64,000 nt of DNA from positions 19,881 to 83,880 of the forward strand of contig OY969116.1 of NCBI GenBank assembly GCA_963698075.1, read 5' to 3'. Positions 45,020 to 55,125 of this stretch are shown here, piece by piece. Each line of letters begins with the position of its first letter. Position 1 is the first letter of the stretch. Below the pieces are notes generated by a model. The model was not told where the DNA came from, did not search any database, and was given only the letters and a program-made list of their open reading frames with translations. A program made the position numbers and the translations under genes. This DNA is from an uncultured Candidatus Berkelbacteria bacterium (GTDB lineage Bacteria > Patescibacteriota > UBA1384 > UBA12157 > JAENIV01).

Positions 45020-47830
45020 ATGTTTAAAAACATTAATTCTAAACAATCTTTCCCAGAACTTGAAAAAGAAATTTTGGAATTTTGGAATAAAAATCAAATA
45101 TTTCAGAAATCTTTAGAAAAAAACAAGGGCAAAGATAAATTTATCTTTTATGAGGGTCCGCCGACGGCCAACGGTAAGCCCGGCATCCATCATGTTTTAG
45201 CCCGCGCTTTTAAAGATATTGTTTGCCGCTATAAAACCATGCGTGGTTTTCACGTGGGTCGCCGGGCTGGCTGGGATACTCACGGCTTGCCAGTAGAAAT
45301 TGAAGTGGAAAAAGCCCTCGGCATTTCCGGTAAAGATAAAATCGAAGCCTACGGCATTGAAAAATTTAATCAAAAATGTCGCGAAAGTGTTTGGCGCTAC
45401 AAAGAAGAATGGGAGAATTTGACTCGCCGAATCGGTTTTTGGATTGATTTGGAGAGTCCCTACATCACCTATGAGAACTCTTATATTGACAAAGTTTGGC
45501 AAATATTAAAGAAAATTTGGGATAGGGGATTATTGTACGAAGGCCATAAAGTCGTACCTTATTGTCCGCGTTGCGGCACGCCGCTATCATCACACGAAGT
45601 CGCCCAGGGATATAAAAAAATCACGGAACCCTCAATTTATATTAAATTACGATTAAAAAAAGAACCATCAACCTATATATTGTCTTGGACGACGACTCCA
45701 TGGACTTTGCCAGGCAACGTGGCTTTGGCGGTTGGTGCTGATATTGAATACAGCCAAATCAAAGTCAATGATGAGGTTTGGATTTTGGCCTCGGAGCGGC
45801 TAAATATTATTTCTGAAAAATATCAGTTAGTAAAAAAAATCAAAGGTAAGAATTTGGTTGGCCTTGAATATGATCCAATTTTTGTCATTAAAGAATTCCA
45901 GACGGATAAATCCTACAAGGTCTATGACGCCGACTTTGCTAATACTGAAGAGGGGACTGGTATTGTCCACACGGCCGTAATGTATGGGGAAGATGATTAT
46001 GAATTGGGCGGGAAAGAAAATTTGCCGAAATTCCATACTGTTGATGAAACCGGCCATTTTAAAAATAATGTGCCGGAAGTTGGCGGAATGTATGTCAAGG
46101 CCAAAGAGACCGAAGAAAAAATTATTTCGTATTTAAAAAAACAGAATAACTTTCTAAAGACCGAAAATTTCGAACACGATTATCCTTTTTGTTGGCGCTG
46201 CGATACGCCGCTAATTTACTATGCCAAAGATTCTTATTTTATTGCGATGTCAAAAATTCGTGAAGAACTCATCGCCAATAATAAAAAAATAAATTGGATT
46301 CCCAGCTACATTAAAACTGGTCGGTTTGGCGAATGGCTGGCCGAAGTCAAAGATTGGGCTTTGTCGCGCGAGCGTTTCTGGGGCACGCCCTTGCCAATTT
46401 GGAAGTGTGTTTGCGGCGAGCAAATTTTTATTGGCTCGATTAAAGAACTTAAAGAAAAGACAACCACTAAAATTGATAAACTAGATTTACATCGGCCTTA
46501 TGTTGATGAGATAAAAATTAAATGTCCAAAGTGCGGTAAAAACGCGAGAAGAATTAAAGATTTGATTGATGCTTGGTTTGATTCTGGCTCAATGCCTTTT
46601 GCCTCCGGTGAGGAAGAAAATGGCAATTACCCGGCTGATTACATCGCCGAAGCCCTTGACCAAACCCGGGGCTGGTTTTATACGATGCTTGCGATCTCAA
46701 CGCTAATTGACAAAGGTAATTCTTATAAAAACGTTATTTGCCTTGGATTAGTCTTGGATGAGCAAGGCAAAAAAATGTCGAAATCGCGGGGTAATATTAT
46801 TGAACCATTTTATATTCTCGAAAAATATGGGTCTGATTCTCTACGCTGGTTTTTTTATACCGTCAATGCTCCGGGCGACTCCAAAAGAATGGGCGAAAAA
46901 GATGTTCAAGAAAGTTTAAGAAAGTTTATTTTGATTTTGTGGAATGTTTATTCGTTCTTTATAACCTATGCTAATATCGACCGATGGGTGCCGCAAAAAT
47001 TGGCCGAATCGGACGAAATTCTAGACAAATGGGTATTGAGTTATTTTAATAAGTTAACAAAAGATGTTGCACAAAAACTCGATGATGATTTTGATATTGT
47101 CGGCGCAGCCCGGGAAATTGAAGAATTTAATACCGATCTATCAACTTGGTATCTTCGACGCTCCCGCAAGCGCCGAGATGATAAATTCTATTCGACTTTG
47201 TATTATGTGCTGATAAATTTAACAAAAATTATCGCGTCTTTTACACCCTTCATCGCCGAGGAGATTTATCAAAATTTGAAAAGTGATGCTCGCGACAAAG
47301 ATCCGCAATCTGTTCATCTTTGCGAGTGGCCCGAGGTGGGAGAGGTTGATGAAGAAGTTTTAGCCAATATGCGGAAAGTCCGTCAACTGGCTGAGAGAGG
47401 ATTGGCTTTAAGGGCGGAAAAAAATATTCGCGTCCGACAACCTTTGGCTAGTTTTACTATTGATCAAAAAATTAGTGAAAGTTATCTCGAAATTCTTAAA
47501 GATGAACTTAACGTTTTAACTATCGCCCACGGCAAGAAAATCAAATTAGATACTCGTCTTAACGATGAACTTAAAGAAGAGGGAATTTTACGCGATCTTA
47601 TCCGTTCGATTCAAGAACTTCGTAAAAAGGCCGGACTCAATCCTGCTGATAAAATCAACTTATATTATGAGACAAAAGATAATAAGCTCCAAAGTATTAT
47701 TTCTAATTCTCAAAAAAGAATTCTAGAAGCCACCAATTTGGATCGTATCCAATCAGGCAAAGATGCTTCCATAAAACACGCGGCCGTGTATAATATAGGT
47801 ACTCAAAAACTTTGGATGGGTATTAAATGA
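45020..47830 (+). CDS. ileS: isoleucyl-tRNA synthetase
   Basis: HIGH-type PPTANGKPGIHHVL, editing-domain TTPWTLPGN, KMSKS, and CxxC zinc knuckles. 937 aa. The ATG is 3 nt after the rnhA stop. Confidence 0.9.
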   Translation: MFKNINSKQSFPELEKEILEFWNKNQIFQKSLEKNKGKDKFIFYEGPPTANGKPGIHHVLARAFKDIVCRYKTMRGFHVGRRAGWDTHGLPVEIEVEKALGISGKDKIEAYGIEKFNQKCRESVWRYKEEWENLTRRIGFWIDLESPYITYENSYIDKVWQILKKIWDRGLLYEGHKVVPYCPRCGTPLSSHEVAQGYKKITEPSIYIKLRLKKEPSTYILSWTTTPWTLPGNVALAVGADIEYSQIKVNDEVWILASERLNIISEKYQLVKKIKGKNLVGLEYDPIFVIKEFQTDKSYKVYDADFANTEEGTGIVHTAVMYGEDDYELGGKENLPKFHTVDETGHFKNNVPEVGGMYVKAKETEEKIISYLKKQNNFLKTENFEHDYPFCWRCDTPLIYYAKDSYFIAMSKIREELIANNKKINWIPSYIKTGRFGEWLAEVKDWALSRERFWGTPLPIWKCVCGEQIFIGSIKELKEKTTTKIDKLDLHRPYVDEIKIKCPKCGKNARRIKDLIDAWFDSGSMPFASGEEENGNYPADYIAEALDQTRGWFYTMLAISTLIDKGNSYKNVICLGLVLDEQGKKMSKSRGNIIEPFYILEKYGSDSLRWFFYTVNAPGDSKRMGEKDVQESLRKFILILWNVYSFFITYANIDRWVPQKLAESDEILDKWVLSYFNKLTKDVAQKLDDDFDIVGAAREIEEFNTDLSTWYLRRSRKRRDDKFYSTLYYVLINLTKIIASFTPFIAEEIYQNLKSDARDKDPQSVHLCEWPEVGEVDEEVLANMRKVRQLAERGLALRAEKNIRVRQPLASFTIDQKISESYLEILKDELNVLTIAHGKKIKLDTRLNDELKEEGILRDLIRSIQELRKKAGLNPADKINLYYETKDNKLQSIISNSQKRILEATNLDRIQSGKDASIKHAAVYNIGTQKLWMGIK

Positions 47831-48927
47831 GTCGATTGAGACTACCAAAACTTAAATTGCCCTTTGGTATTGATTGGTCTTTATATCTGGTGCCATTAAT
47901 TTTGGCTATTTTAGGAATCGTCATCATTTTTTCCGTGACTTACACCACCAAGCCGACATTGGTAATTTCCCAAATTATCTATCTTATTTTGGGGGCTGGC
48001 GTGGCTATTTTCTTGACTTTTCTTGACTATCGGATTTTAAGAGGTGTTTCATTCTTTCTTTATTTAATCATTTTAGCGCTTTTAATCGTGGTTTTGATTT
48101 TTGGTCCGCGGACCTTCGGGGCCAATCGCTGGATCAATCTCGGAGTCTTTCAACTTCAACCCTCAGAAATTGGAAAACTGGTGATTTTGTTATTTTTGGC
48201 GAGAATTTTCGCTGAAACCGAAGAGTTTCGTCTCCGAGAAATTTTATTAATTCTAACGATTGTCGCTCTGCCGATAATTTTAATTCTTCTTCAACCGGAT
48301 TTCGGTACCGCCATGGTCATTTTTATTGAATTGATTGTTTTATTATTTTTCTCTAACGTTCGAAAAATTGTCTTAGTGGCCATTTTTGCTGGCGTCTTGG
48401 TTTTGGCGCCAATCGGTTGGCATTTCTTGAAAAGTTATCAAAAAGAACGCATCTATACTTTTATCAATCCCTCGCTAGATCCTTATGGTTCGGGTTATAA
48501 TGTCACTCAGGCAAAAATTACCGTCGGTTCCGGTGGCCTTTGGGGACAGGGAATAGGCAAAGGGACACAGATCCAACTTAATTTCCTACCCGTGGCCCAT
48601 ACTGACTTCATTTTTGCTTCAACGGCTGAAGCCATTGGTTTTGTCGGTTCCAGCCTTTTAATTATTTTATTAATTTTTCTAAGTTTCCGAATTATTACGA
48701 TTTCTAAGTTGTCAAAGGACACTTTCGGATTTTATTTCGCCATTGGTTGGGGATTAATTTTACTTTTTCAAGTTTTGGTTAATGTCGGCATGAATTTGGG
48801 AATTATGCCCGTAACGGGGATACCTTTGCCTTTTGTTTCCTCAGGCGGCTCTCAGATGATTACCAACATGGCGGCAATTGGGATTTTACAAAGCATTTAT
48901 CTCAGACACCAAAAAATCAGCTTTTAG
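47827..48927 (+). CDS. rodA: SEDS-family protein RodA (second SEDS copy)
   Basis: Paralogous to the ftsW at 7438 (same PQPHxDFIFA and GIPLPFVS regions) but outside the dcw cluster. Confidence 0.75.
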   Translation: MSRLRLPKLKLPFGIDWSLYLVPLILAILGIVIIFSVTYTTKPTLVISQIIYLILGAGVAIFLTFLDYRILRGVSFFLYLIILALLIVVLIFGPRTFGANRWINLGVFQLQPSEIGKLVILLFLARIFAETEEFRLREILLILTIVALPIILILLQPDFGTAMVIFIELIVLLFFSNVRKIVLVAIFAGVLVLAPIGWHFLKSYQKERIYTFINPSLDPYGSGYNVTQAKITVGSGGLWGQGIGKGTQIQLNFLPVAHTDFIFASTAEAIGFVGSSLLIILLIFLSFRIITISKLSKDTFGFYFAIGWGLILLFQVLVNVGMNLGIMPVTGIPLPFVSSGGSQMITNMAAIGILQSIYLRHQKISF

Positions 48928-49006
48928 ACAGGCTATTGACTTTTAAAATTGTTTCGATATAATTAGATTGTATTAGTCCCTTCGGGGGCTTTTTAGGAAG
49001 GATAAG

Positions 49007-49270
49007 ATGGCCGAATTTGCCGTCATTAAAACTGGTGGAAAACAATATAAAGTTCAAGTTGGTGATATAATTAAAGTAGAGAAACTGCCAGATAAAAAAA
49101 CAGTTGAGTTTACCGATTTATTAGCTGCAAGAAAAGTTAAAGCCAGCATTATTTCTCAGGGTAGATTTCCTAAAGTTCGCATCCTAAAATTCCATCGTCG
49201 CAAGCGCTACCAAAGGAATCGGGGGCATCGCCAATCTTACAGTGAAATAAAAATTGAAAAAATAAGTTAA
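49007..49270 (+). CDS. rplU: 50S ribosomal protein L21
   Basis: MAEFAVIKTGGKQYKVQVGD...KFHRRKRYQRNRGHRQSYSEIKIEKI matches the L21 consensus (GGKQ...V.G......FkfrRRK.y.k..GHRQ.yT...I..I). Confidence 0.75.
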   Translation: MAEFAVIKTGGKQYKVQVGDIIKVEKLPDKKTVEFTDLLAARKVKASIISQGRFPKVRILKFHRRKRYQRNRGHRQSYSEIKIEKIS

Positions 49271-49271
49271 A

Positions 49272-49472
49272 ATGCATCGCATGCTTCAAAAAATCATTAA
49301 TTACTTCACCAGTTCCTATGAGGAAATGCGTAAAGTCATCTGGCCGAATCGGCGAGAAATTACCAGCCATTCGATTATTGTTGTCCTTTCAATCTTGATC
49401 TCGATGGGGATTATTGCCGCGATTGATTACGGATTATTCAATTTGTTACAAAGGTTAATTTATTCGAAATGA
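49272..49472 (+). CDS. secE: preprotein translocase subunit SecE
   Basis: 66 aa. EEMRKVIWPNRREITSHSIIVVLSILISMGII matches the SecE core (E.kKV.WP.r.E....T..Vl......). Confidence 0.7.
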   Translation: MHRMLQKIINYFTSSYEEMRKVIWPNRREITSHSIIVVLSILISMGIIAAIDYGLFNLLQRLIYSK

Positions 49473-49478
49473 CACTCC

Positions 49479-49583
49479 GCCGACAGAAATCGGCGGTATC
49501 TTATCCTCCATTTCGGCGGAGTGGAAATCCGCCGAAGCAGAAGACAGGCATTCATCCTCCGACAGAAGTCGTGAGTCTTCTGC
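49479..49583 (+). promoter_or_regulatory. structured leader upstream of nusG: three GC-rich hairpins with interchangeable arms
   Basis: CCGCCGA-CAGAAA-TCGGCGG, TTTCGGCGGA-GTGGAAA-TCCGCCGAA, and GCAGAAGAC...GTCTTCTGC (9-bp stem) were read directly. Arms of hairpins 1 and 2 are mutually complementary, which allows alternative pairing. The motif CCGACAGAA occurs twice. Confidence 0.4.
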
Positions 49584-49608
49584 GAAGGAGGATAATTGAG
49601 GAGAAAAT

Positions 49609-50211
49609 ATGGCCAACAACATTCGCGATCTTGCCAAAGAGGAAGAAGAGCGAGAGGCTGATAACTTAAAACTTCAAAAACAGACAGGGGAACGGGGTTG
49701 GTACGTAATCCATACTTATTCTGGTTATGAAGAGCAAGTGGCTGAAAATCTAAAACAGAGAATCGAATCCTTAGGGATGGACGAAAAAATTTTTCAAGTT
49801 CTCGTTCCTAAAGAAAAACAAATTGAAATTAAAAACGGCCGGCGGAAAACCGTGGAGAAAAAAATTTTTCCTGGCTACGTCTTAGTGGAAATGATTGTCA
49901 CCGATGATTCTTGGTATGTAGTCAGAAATACCCCCAATGTTACTGGTTTTATCGGTTTAGGTGTCAGGCCAACGCCAATGTCGAAGTTGGAAGTTGAACG
50001 AATTCAAAAGAGAATTGGTGTTGAGGAACCTAAGTTTAAGATCGAATATAAACCAGGGGATTTGGTGAGAATTTCCGACGGACCCTTGAAAGGGTTTGAG
50101 GCCAAAGTGACCGAAATTGATGAAGATAAAGGAAAAATTAAGGTTTTGGTGTCGATGTTTGGTCGGGAAACACCAGTTTCTTTGGATTCACTTCAGGTGA
50201 AGAAAGTATAA
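49609..50211 (+). CDS. nusG: transcription termination/antitermination factor NusG
   Basis: NGN domain (WYVIHTYSGYE...KIFPGYVLVEM) and C-terminal KOW (GDLVRISDGPLKGFEAKV). Canonical secE-nusG-rplK order. Confidence 0.85.
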   Translation: MANNIRDLAKEEEEREADNLKLQKQTGERGWYVIHTYSGYEEQVAENLKQRIESLGMDEKIFQVLVPKEKQIEIKNGRRKTVEKKIFPGYVLVEMIVTDDSWYVVRNTPNVTGFIGLGVRPTPMSKLEVERIQKRIGVEEPKFKIEYKPGDLVRISDGPLKGFEAKVTEIDEDKGKIKVLVSMFGRETPVSLDSLQVKKV

Positions 50212-50214
50212 AAG

Positions 50215-50640
50215 ATGGCCAAGAAAATAAAAACCATCATTAAGCTCCAAGCACCCGCCGGTAAAGCCACCCCCGCGCCGCCGATTGGGCCAGCTTTGGG
50301 CCAACACGGCGTTAATATCATGGAGTTTGTCAATCAATTTAACACCCAGACGGCCAAAATGGGGGAGACGATTGTGCCGGTGGAGTTAACAGTTTATGAA
50401 GATAGAACCTTCTCTTTTATTTTGAAATCGCCGCCAGCAGCCGAGCTCTTAAAAAAAGCCGCTGGCATTGAAAAGGGATCGGGAGTTCCTAATCGCGAGA
50501 AGGTTGGCAAAGTCACTGAAGCCCAGGTAGAAGAAATTGCCAAACTTAAGATGGAAGATTTGACCGCTAATGATTTAGAAGCCGCCAAAAAAATCATTCG
50601 CGGCACCGCGAAAAATATGGGAATTGAAGTTGTGAAATAA
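50215..50640 (+). CDS. rplK: 50S ribosomal protein L11
   Basis: [38 protein letters not shown] is near-consensus L11. Confidence 0.9.
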   Translation: MAKKIKTIIKLQAPAGKATPAPPIGPALGQHGVNIMEFVNQFNTQTAKMGETIVPVELTVYEDRTFSFILKSPPAAELLKKAAGIEKGSGVPNREKVGKVTEAQVEEIAKLKMEDLTANDLEAAKKIIRGTAKNMGIEVVK

Positions 50641-50660
50641 ACGGCTCGCCCTATCAAGAT

Positions 50661-51236
50661 ATGAGTGTTATAAATATAAACGATAAAAATAGTCTCCAAA
50701 ATGCCGCCAAAGTGCTCAAAGAAGGCGGCATTTTGGTATTTCCGACTGATACGGTTTATGGAATTGGCTGTCTGATGAATGAGTTGGCAATCAGACGGCT
50801 ATATGCAATCAAAAATCGTCCTTTGTCTCAACCAACTGCGATTTTATTCGTAAAAAAGATAATCCTTAAAATATGCTCCAGCATAAATAAGGGATTAAAT
50901 ATACCCGAAGACATTAAAAGGGGATTTAGAAAAGGTAAAATTACCTTATTGATGCCGATAGATCGGATAAATATTAGACATATCAAAATATTGGTAAAAG
51001 ACAATAAAATCGGCATTCGTTTGCCAAAATATCAGTGGCTTGAAAAGTTGATAAATATTGTCGGCCCGATTGTCGCATCATCAGCCAATAAAAAAGGGGA
51101 GAGACCGCCGGCAAAATTTGAGGCAATTGACCAAGATATTATCAAACTGGCGGATTTGACGATAAAAACTGACCAGAAACTTCCAGGAAAACCCTCGCGC
51201 GTTTATGATTTAGAACTCAAAAAAGATCTTCGGTAG
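50661..51236 (+). CDS. tsaC: threonylcarbamoyl-AMP synthase (TsaC/YrdC family)
   Basis: GGILVFPTDTVYGIGC N-terminal signature and ...SSAN KKGERP. It has an internal insertion relative to short YrdC. Confidence 0.7.
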   Translation: MSVININDKNSLQNAAKVLKEGGILVFPTDTVYGIGCLMNELAIRRLYAIKNRPLSQPTAILFVKKIILKICSSINKGLNIPEDIKRGFRKGKITLLMPIDRINIRHIKILVKDNKIGIRLPKYQWLEKLINIVGPIVASSANKKGERPPAKFEAIDQDIIKLADLTIKTDQKLPGKPSRVYDLELKKDLR

Positions 51237-51239
51237 TAC

Positions 51240-51278
51240 GAAGAAAGCCCCGCTTGCGCAGGGCCTTCTTCTTTTTAT
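51240..51278 (+). terminator. rho-independent terminator after tsaC
   Basis: GAAGAAAGCCCCGC-TTGCG-CAGGGCCTTCTTC stem-loop followed by TTTTTAT. Confidence 0.6.
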
Positions 51279-51844
51279 CCTCTCCTTTACAATCCCAACC
51301 GCCACGTTAGATAATTTTCATATCTAACGGGGCATCTAGCCAGTCTCATAATAATTTTTAATGTACAAGACTGGGATTGGGTGTAAGAGGAAAGAAATTA
51401 CCTTGAACGGCAACTTTCTTTACCCTTACCGGGATTTAAAGAATATAACATGAAATCCGCAAATTGTCAAGAGATGCATCAGCCCCCGGTGAAAACACGG
51501 GGGCTGTTAGTGATGTTTCATATACCAGAGGCGTGGAAGAGGCTTGGGCAGTTGGCGGAGCCTGCCTTGTTGATAGAGCGTTCCGGCGAACTGATTGAGT
51601 TGACGTTGGCCGCCCCGACCGAGAAACCTGCGTAGCCGGGGGACCTTGATGTCTTGTAGATGTTGTTGGTTCATGTCCCAGCCGAGCTTGCGGGCACAAG
51701 ATACAACGTTGTCTTCAAGCTCCGGTCGCCGCTGGCAAGATAATCGCATCAGACTCGCCTCCAGGTCGTATTTACTTATGAAAAATTATAGCATAAATTT
51801 CATTCTTTGTCAATTCTTTGATAAATTAAGATTGGGTATAAATT

Positions 51845-52942
51845 ATGAACACAGATGCTAAATATTGGGTAGCGCTTTCAAACCACCAAAAAATCGGGGC
51901 GCGAACTTTTGCCAAGCTCTACCGACGATTTAAAAAATTAGAAAACGTTTGGCAAGCCCGGGAAAGAGAATTAGCTGAAGCCGGTTTGGATTTAGGCCAA
52001 ATTGAAGCGGTCAAGGAAATAATTGCCAATAAAGATCCTGATGAAGAACTTGAGCGATTAAAAAAATATGAAATCAAGGTCATAATTTTGCCTGACCAAG
52101 ATTATCCCAGGCTTTTGCGCGAAGTTCCTGATCCACCAGGCCTTCTCTACCTTAAAGGGAAAATTCTTCCTCAAGACGAGCTGGCGATTGCCGTCGTTGG
52201 TTCACGCAAATTTAGCCATTATGGCCAGCGGGCGACCGAAGAAATTGTCTATCCCTTAGCACGTTCAAAAATCACGATTGTTTCGGGAATGGCCCTCGGG
52301 ATAGATGCTTATGCCCATAAAGCGGCTCTTGATGCCCATGGTAGAACAATTGGTATCATGGCTTGTGGCTTAGATCAGATATATCCAATCGCCAATATTC
52401 GTTTAGCCGACAAAATTCTTTCAAGCGGCGGGGCCATAATTTCCGAATTTCCCTTGGGGATGCCGGCCTTAAAATTTAATTTTCCCATCCGCAATCGCAT
52501 TATTGCCGGTTTAAGCCTGGGGACAGTGGTGATTGAATGCGCTGAAGGTTCTGGTTCACTCTTGACAGCCGCGGCTGCCCTGGAATACAATCGGGAAGTC
52601 TTTGCCGTTCCCGGGGAGATTTTTGCGGAAACTTCCCAAGGCACTAACCGATTAATCAAGATGGGTGCCAAGTTAGTCACTTCTTATCAGGATATTTTGG
52701 AAGAATTAGCCATTGAGGAAAAGGAAAAAATTAAAAAAGCCAGACAAATTATCGCCGATACTCATGAGGAAGAAATTCTGTTAAAATTGTTAAGAGACCC
52801 GATCTTAATTGATTCGCTGGTTAATAGGTCGGGTTTGGATGCGGCGACGATCAATTCCACCTTAATCCAGATGGAAATGAAAGGTAAAGTCAGAAACTTG
52901 GGCGGCACGAGATATGTCGTCAGCGGGAAAATTAAATTATGA
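51845..52942 (+). CDS. dprA: DNA processing protein DprA (Smf)
   Basis: Rossmann-like core AVVGSRKFSHYGQRATEEI...IVSGMALGIDAYAHKAAL...GGAIISEFPLG, plus a C-terminal winged-helix region. Confidence 0.8.
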   Translation: MNTDAKYWVALSNHQKIGARTFAKLYRRFKKLENVWQARERELAEAGLDLGQIEAVKEIIANKDPDEELERLKKYEIKVIILPDQDYPRLLREVPDPPGLLYLKGKILPQDELAIAVVGSRKFSHYGQRATEEIVYPLARSKITIVSGMALGIDAYAHKAALDAHGRTIGIMACGLDQIYPIANIRLADKILSSGGAIISEFPLGMPALKFNFPIRNRIIAGLSLGTVVIECAEGSGSLLTAAAALEYNREVFAVPGEIFAETSQGTNRLIKMGAKLVTSYQDILEELAIEEKEKIKKARQIIADTHEEEILLKLLRDPILIDSLVNRSGLDAATINSTLIQMEMKGKVRNLGGTRYVVSGKIKL

Positions 52943-55125
52943 ATTTAGTGATTGTCGAGTCTCCGGCTAAAGGCCGGACAATTAAGAATATTTTAGGGGG
53001 GGATTTTAAAGTTCTCGCTTCTTTCGGTCATGTCCGTGACCTTCCCAAAAAAGAGTTGGGTCTTGATCTTAAAAATGATTTTCAACCCAAATATACAATC
53101 CCCGCCAAAGCTCGAAAAACAGTGAAACTTTTAAAGGAAGAAATCGCCAAGGCCAATAATCTTTATTTAGCCACTGATTATGATCGAGAAGGCGAGGCCA
53201 TTGCCTGGCATCTCATCAAGGCCGTCGGCCTTGATGAACTTAAAACTAAAAACTTAAAACTTAAAACTTTTAGAATTACTTTTCATGAAATAACGAAACC
53301 TGCCATTTTGGAAGCGATTAAACATCCAAGAGATATCGACATTCATTTGGTCGACGCCCAACAAGCCAGACGTGTTTTGGACCGCCTGGTGGGTTATAAA
53401 CTTTCTCCCTTTTTATGGCAAAAGGTTGCCCGGGGACTTTCGGCTGGTCGGGTTCAATCGGTGGCAGTAAGGTTAATAGTTGAACGTGAGCGAGAAATTC
53501 GTCAATTTGTTCCTCAAGAATACTGGCAAATTGTCGCCGAACTGACCAAAAAGGAAGAAAGCAAAACTTTTAAGGCGATTTTATCGGAAAAAGACGGCCA
53601 AAAAATTGAAAAACTGGCGATCAAAGATCAAAAACAAGCCCAGCAAATTTTGAATGACCTCAAAGGCGCGTCTTATCAAGTCAAGGATATCCAATTCGAA
53701 ACTAAAGCTCGCTGGCCGCAACCGCCATTTACGACCTCAACTCTTCAGCAGGAAGCTGGTCGGCGTTTAGGTTTCTCCGCCAAGCAAACAATGCGCCTTG
53801 CCCAAGGGCTTTATGAGGACGGCTTAATCACCTATATGCGTACCGATTCAGTTCAGGTCTCTCCTTTAGCAATCACTCAAGCCCAAAAAGTGATAAGTCA
53901 AAATTTCGGCCGAGAATATCTGCCGTCAAGGCCGAAATTTTATAAAACAAAGATTTTACGCGCCCAAGAAGCCCATGAGGCCATCCGGCCAACTGATTTG
54001 TCGCGTCAAGAAATTTTAGGGCAGAGCGAGCGTCAGAAGCTTTATGATTTAATTTGGAAAAGAATGCTCGCCTCCCAAATGAAAGAGGCGGTTTTTGAGG
54101 AAACTCTGGTGGATATTGTGGCTAAAGAATACGGTTTTCGCGCTATCGGCTCAAAAATGAAATTTGATGGGTTTTTAAAGATTTATGGTTATCGAGATGA
54201 CGAAAATAAATCTCAACTAATTCCGAAATTATCCATCAAAGAAATGCTTGATTTGAAAAAACTCCAGCAAACCCAATACTTTACTGAGCCGCCATCGAGA
54301 TACTCCGAAGGCACCCTTATTAGAGAACTGGAGAAAAGAGGTATTGGTCGACCATCAACCTACGCCCCGACATTGGCTACGATTATTGATCGGGGATATG
54401 TTGAAAAAATCCAAGGCAAACTCTTACCCAAAGAAATTGGCGAGATTGTCAACGATTTATTGGTTAAACATTTTCCGAAGGTTATTGATTACCAATTTAC
54501 CTCCAAAATGGAAGCCAATTTAGATGAAATTGCTGAAGGAAGATTAAAATGGCAAAAAGTCGTTGGTGAATTTTATGAACCTTTTTCCAAAGATTTAGCC
54601 CGCAAAATCCAAGAAGTTTCCAAAAAAGAGATTACAGAGGAAGAATATGATAAAAATTGTCCCAAATGCGGTAGGAAACTCAAGATTAAGTTAGGCCGAT
54701 ATGGGAAGTTTTTGGCCTGTTCTGGCTTCCCAGATTGTAAATACACTGGACCTTTATTAGAAAAATTGACGATACCACCGACGGATTCTCGAGAAAAATG
54801 TCCCAAGTGCGGTAAAAAATTAACCATTAAAGAAGGTAAATTCGGCCCCTTTTTAGCTTGCGACGGCTATCCTGGCTGTAAATTTACGAAAAATATTGAA
54901 ATCGCTGCCAAAGTTCCTTGTCCAACCTGTGGCAATAAACTTCTTAGAAAACGAACCCGTAAAGGCAGGATATTTTGGGGTTGTGCCAATTATCCAACCT
55001 GTAAGACCGCTTACTGGGATGAGCCTCAAGAGAAAAAGTGTCCAAAATGTAAAAATCTTTTAACTTTAAATTCGAAATTGAAAATATTAAAATGTAGTCA
55101 GTGCGATTGGAAAGAAAATGTCTAG
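52939..55125 (+). CDS. topA: DNA topoisomerase I
   Basis: Toprim N-terminus MNLVIVESPAKGRTI, the active-site Tyr region, and three or four C-terminal CxxC...CxxC zinc ribbons. The ATG overlaps the dprA stop (ATGA). Confidence 0.9.
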   Translation: MNLVIVESPAKGRTIKNILGGDFKVLASFGHVRDLPKKELGLDLKNDFQPKYTIPAKARKTVKLLKEEIAKANNLYLATDYDREGEAIAWHLIKAVGLDELKTKNLKLKTFRITFHEITKPAILEAIKHPRDIDIHLVDAQQARRVLDRLVGYKLSPFLWQKVARGLSAGRVQSVAVRLIVEREREIRQFVPQEYWQIVAELTKKEESKTFKAILSEKDGQKIEKLAIKDQKQAQQILNDLKGASYQVKDIQFETKARWPQPPFTTSTLQQEAGRRLGFSAKQTMRLAQGLYEDGLITYMRTDSVQVSPLAITQAQKVISQNFGREYLPSRPKFYKTKILRAQEAHEAIRPTDLSRQEILGQSERQKLYDLIWKRMLASQMKEAVFEETLVDIVAKEYGFRAIGSKMKFDGFLKIYGYRDDENKSQLIPKLSIKEMLDLKKLQQTQYFTEPPSRYSEGTLIRELEKRGIGRPSTYAPTLATIIDRGYVEKIQGKLLPKEIGEIVNDLLVKHFPKVIDYQFTSKMEANLDEIAEGRLKWQKVVGEFYEPFSKDLARKIQEVSKKEITEEEYDKNCPKCGRKLKIKLGRYGKFLACSGFPDCKYTGPLLEKLTIPPTDSREKCPKCGKKLTIKEGKFGPFLACDGYPGCKFTKNIEIAAKVPCPTCGNKLLRKRTRKGRIFWGCANYPTCKTAYWDEPQEKKCPKCKNLLTLNSKLKILKCSQCDWKENV

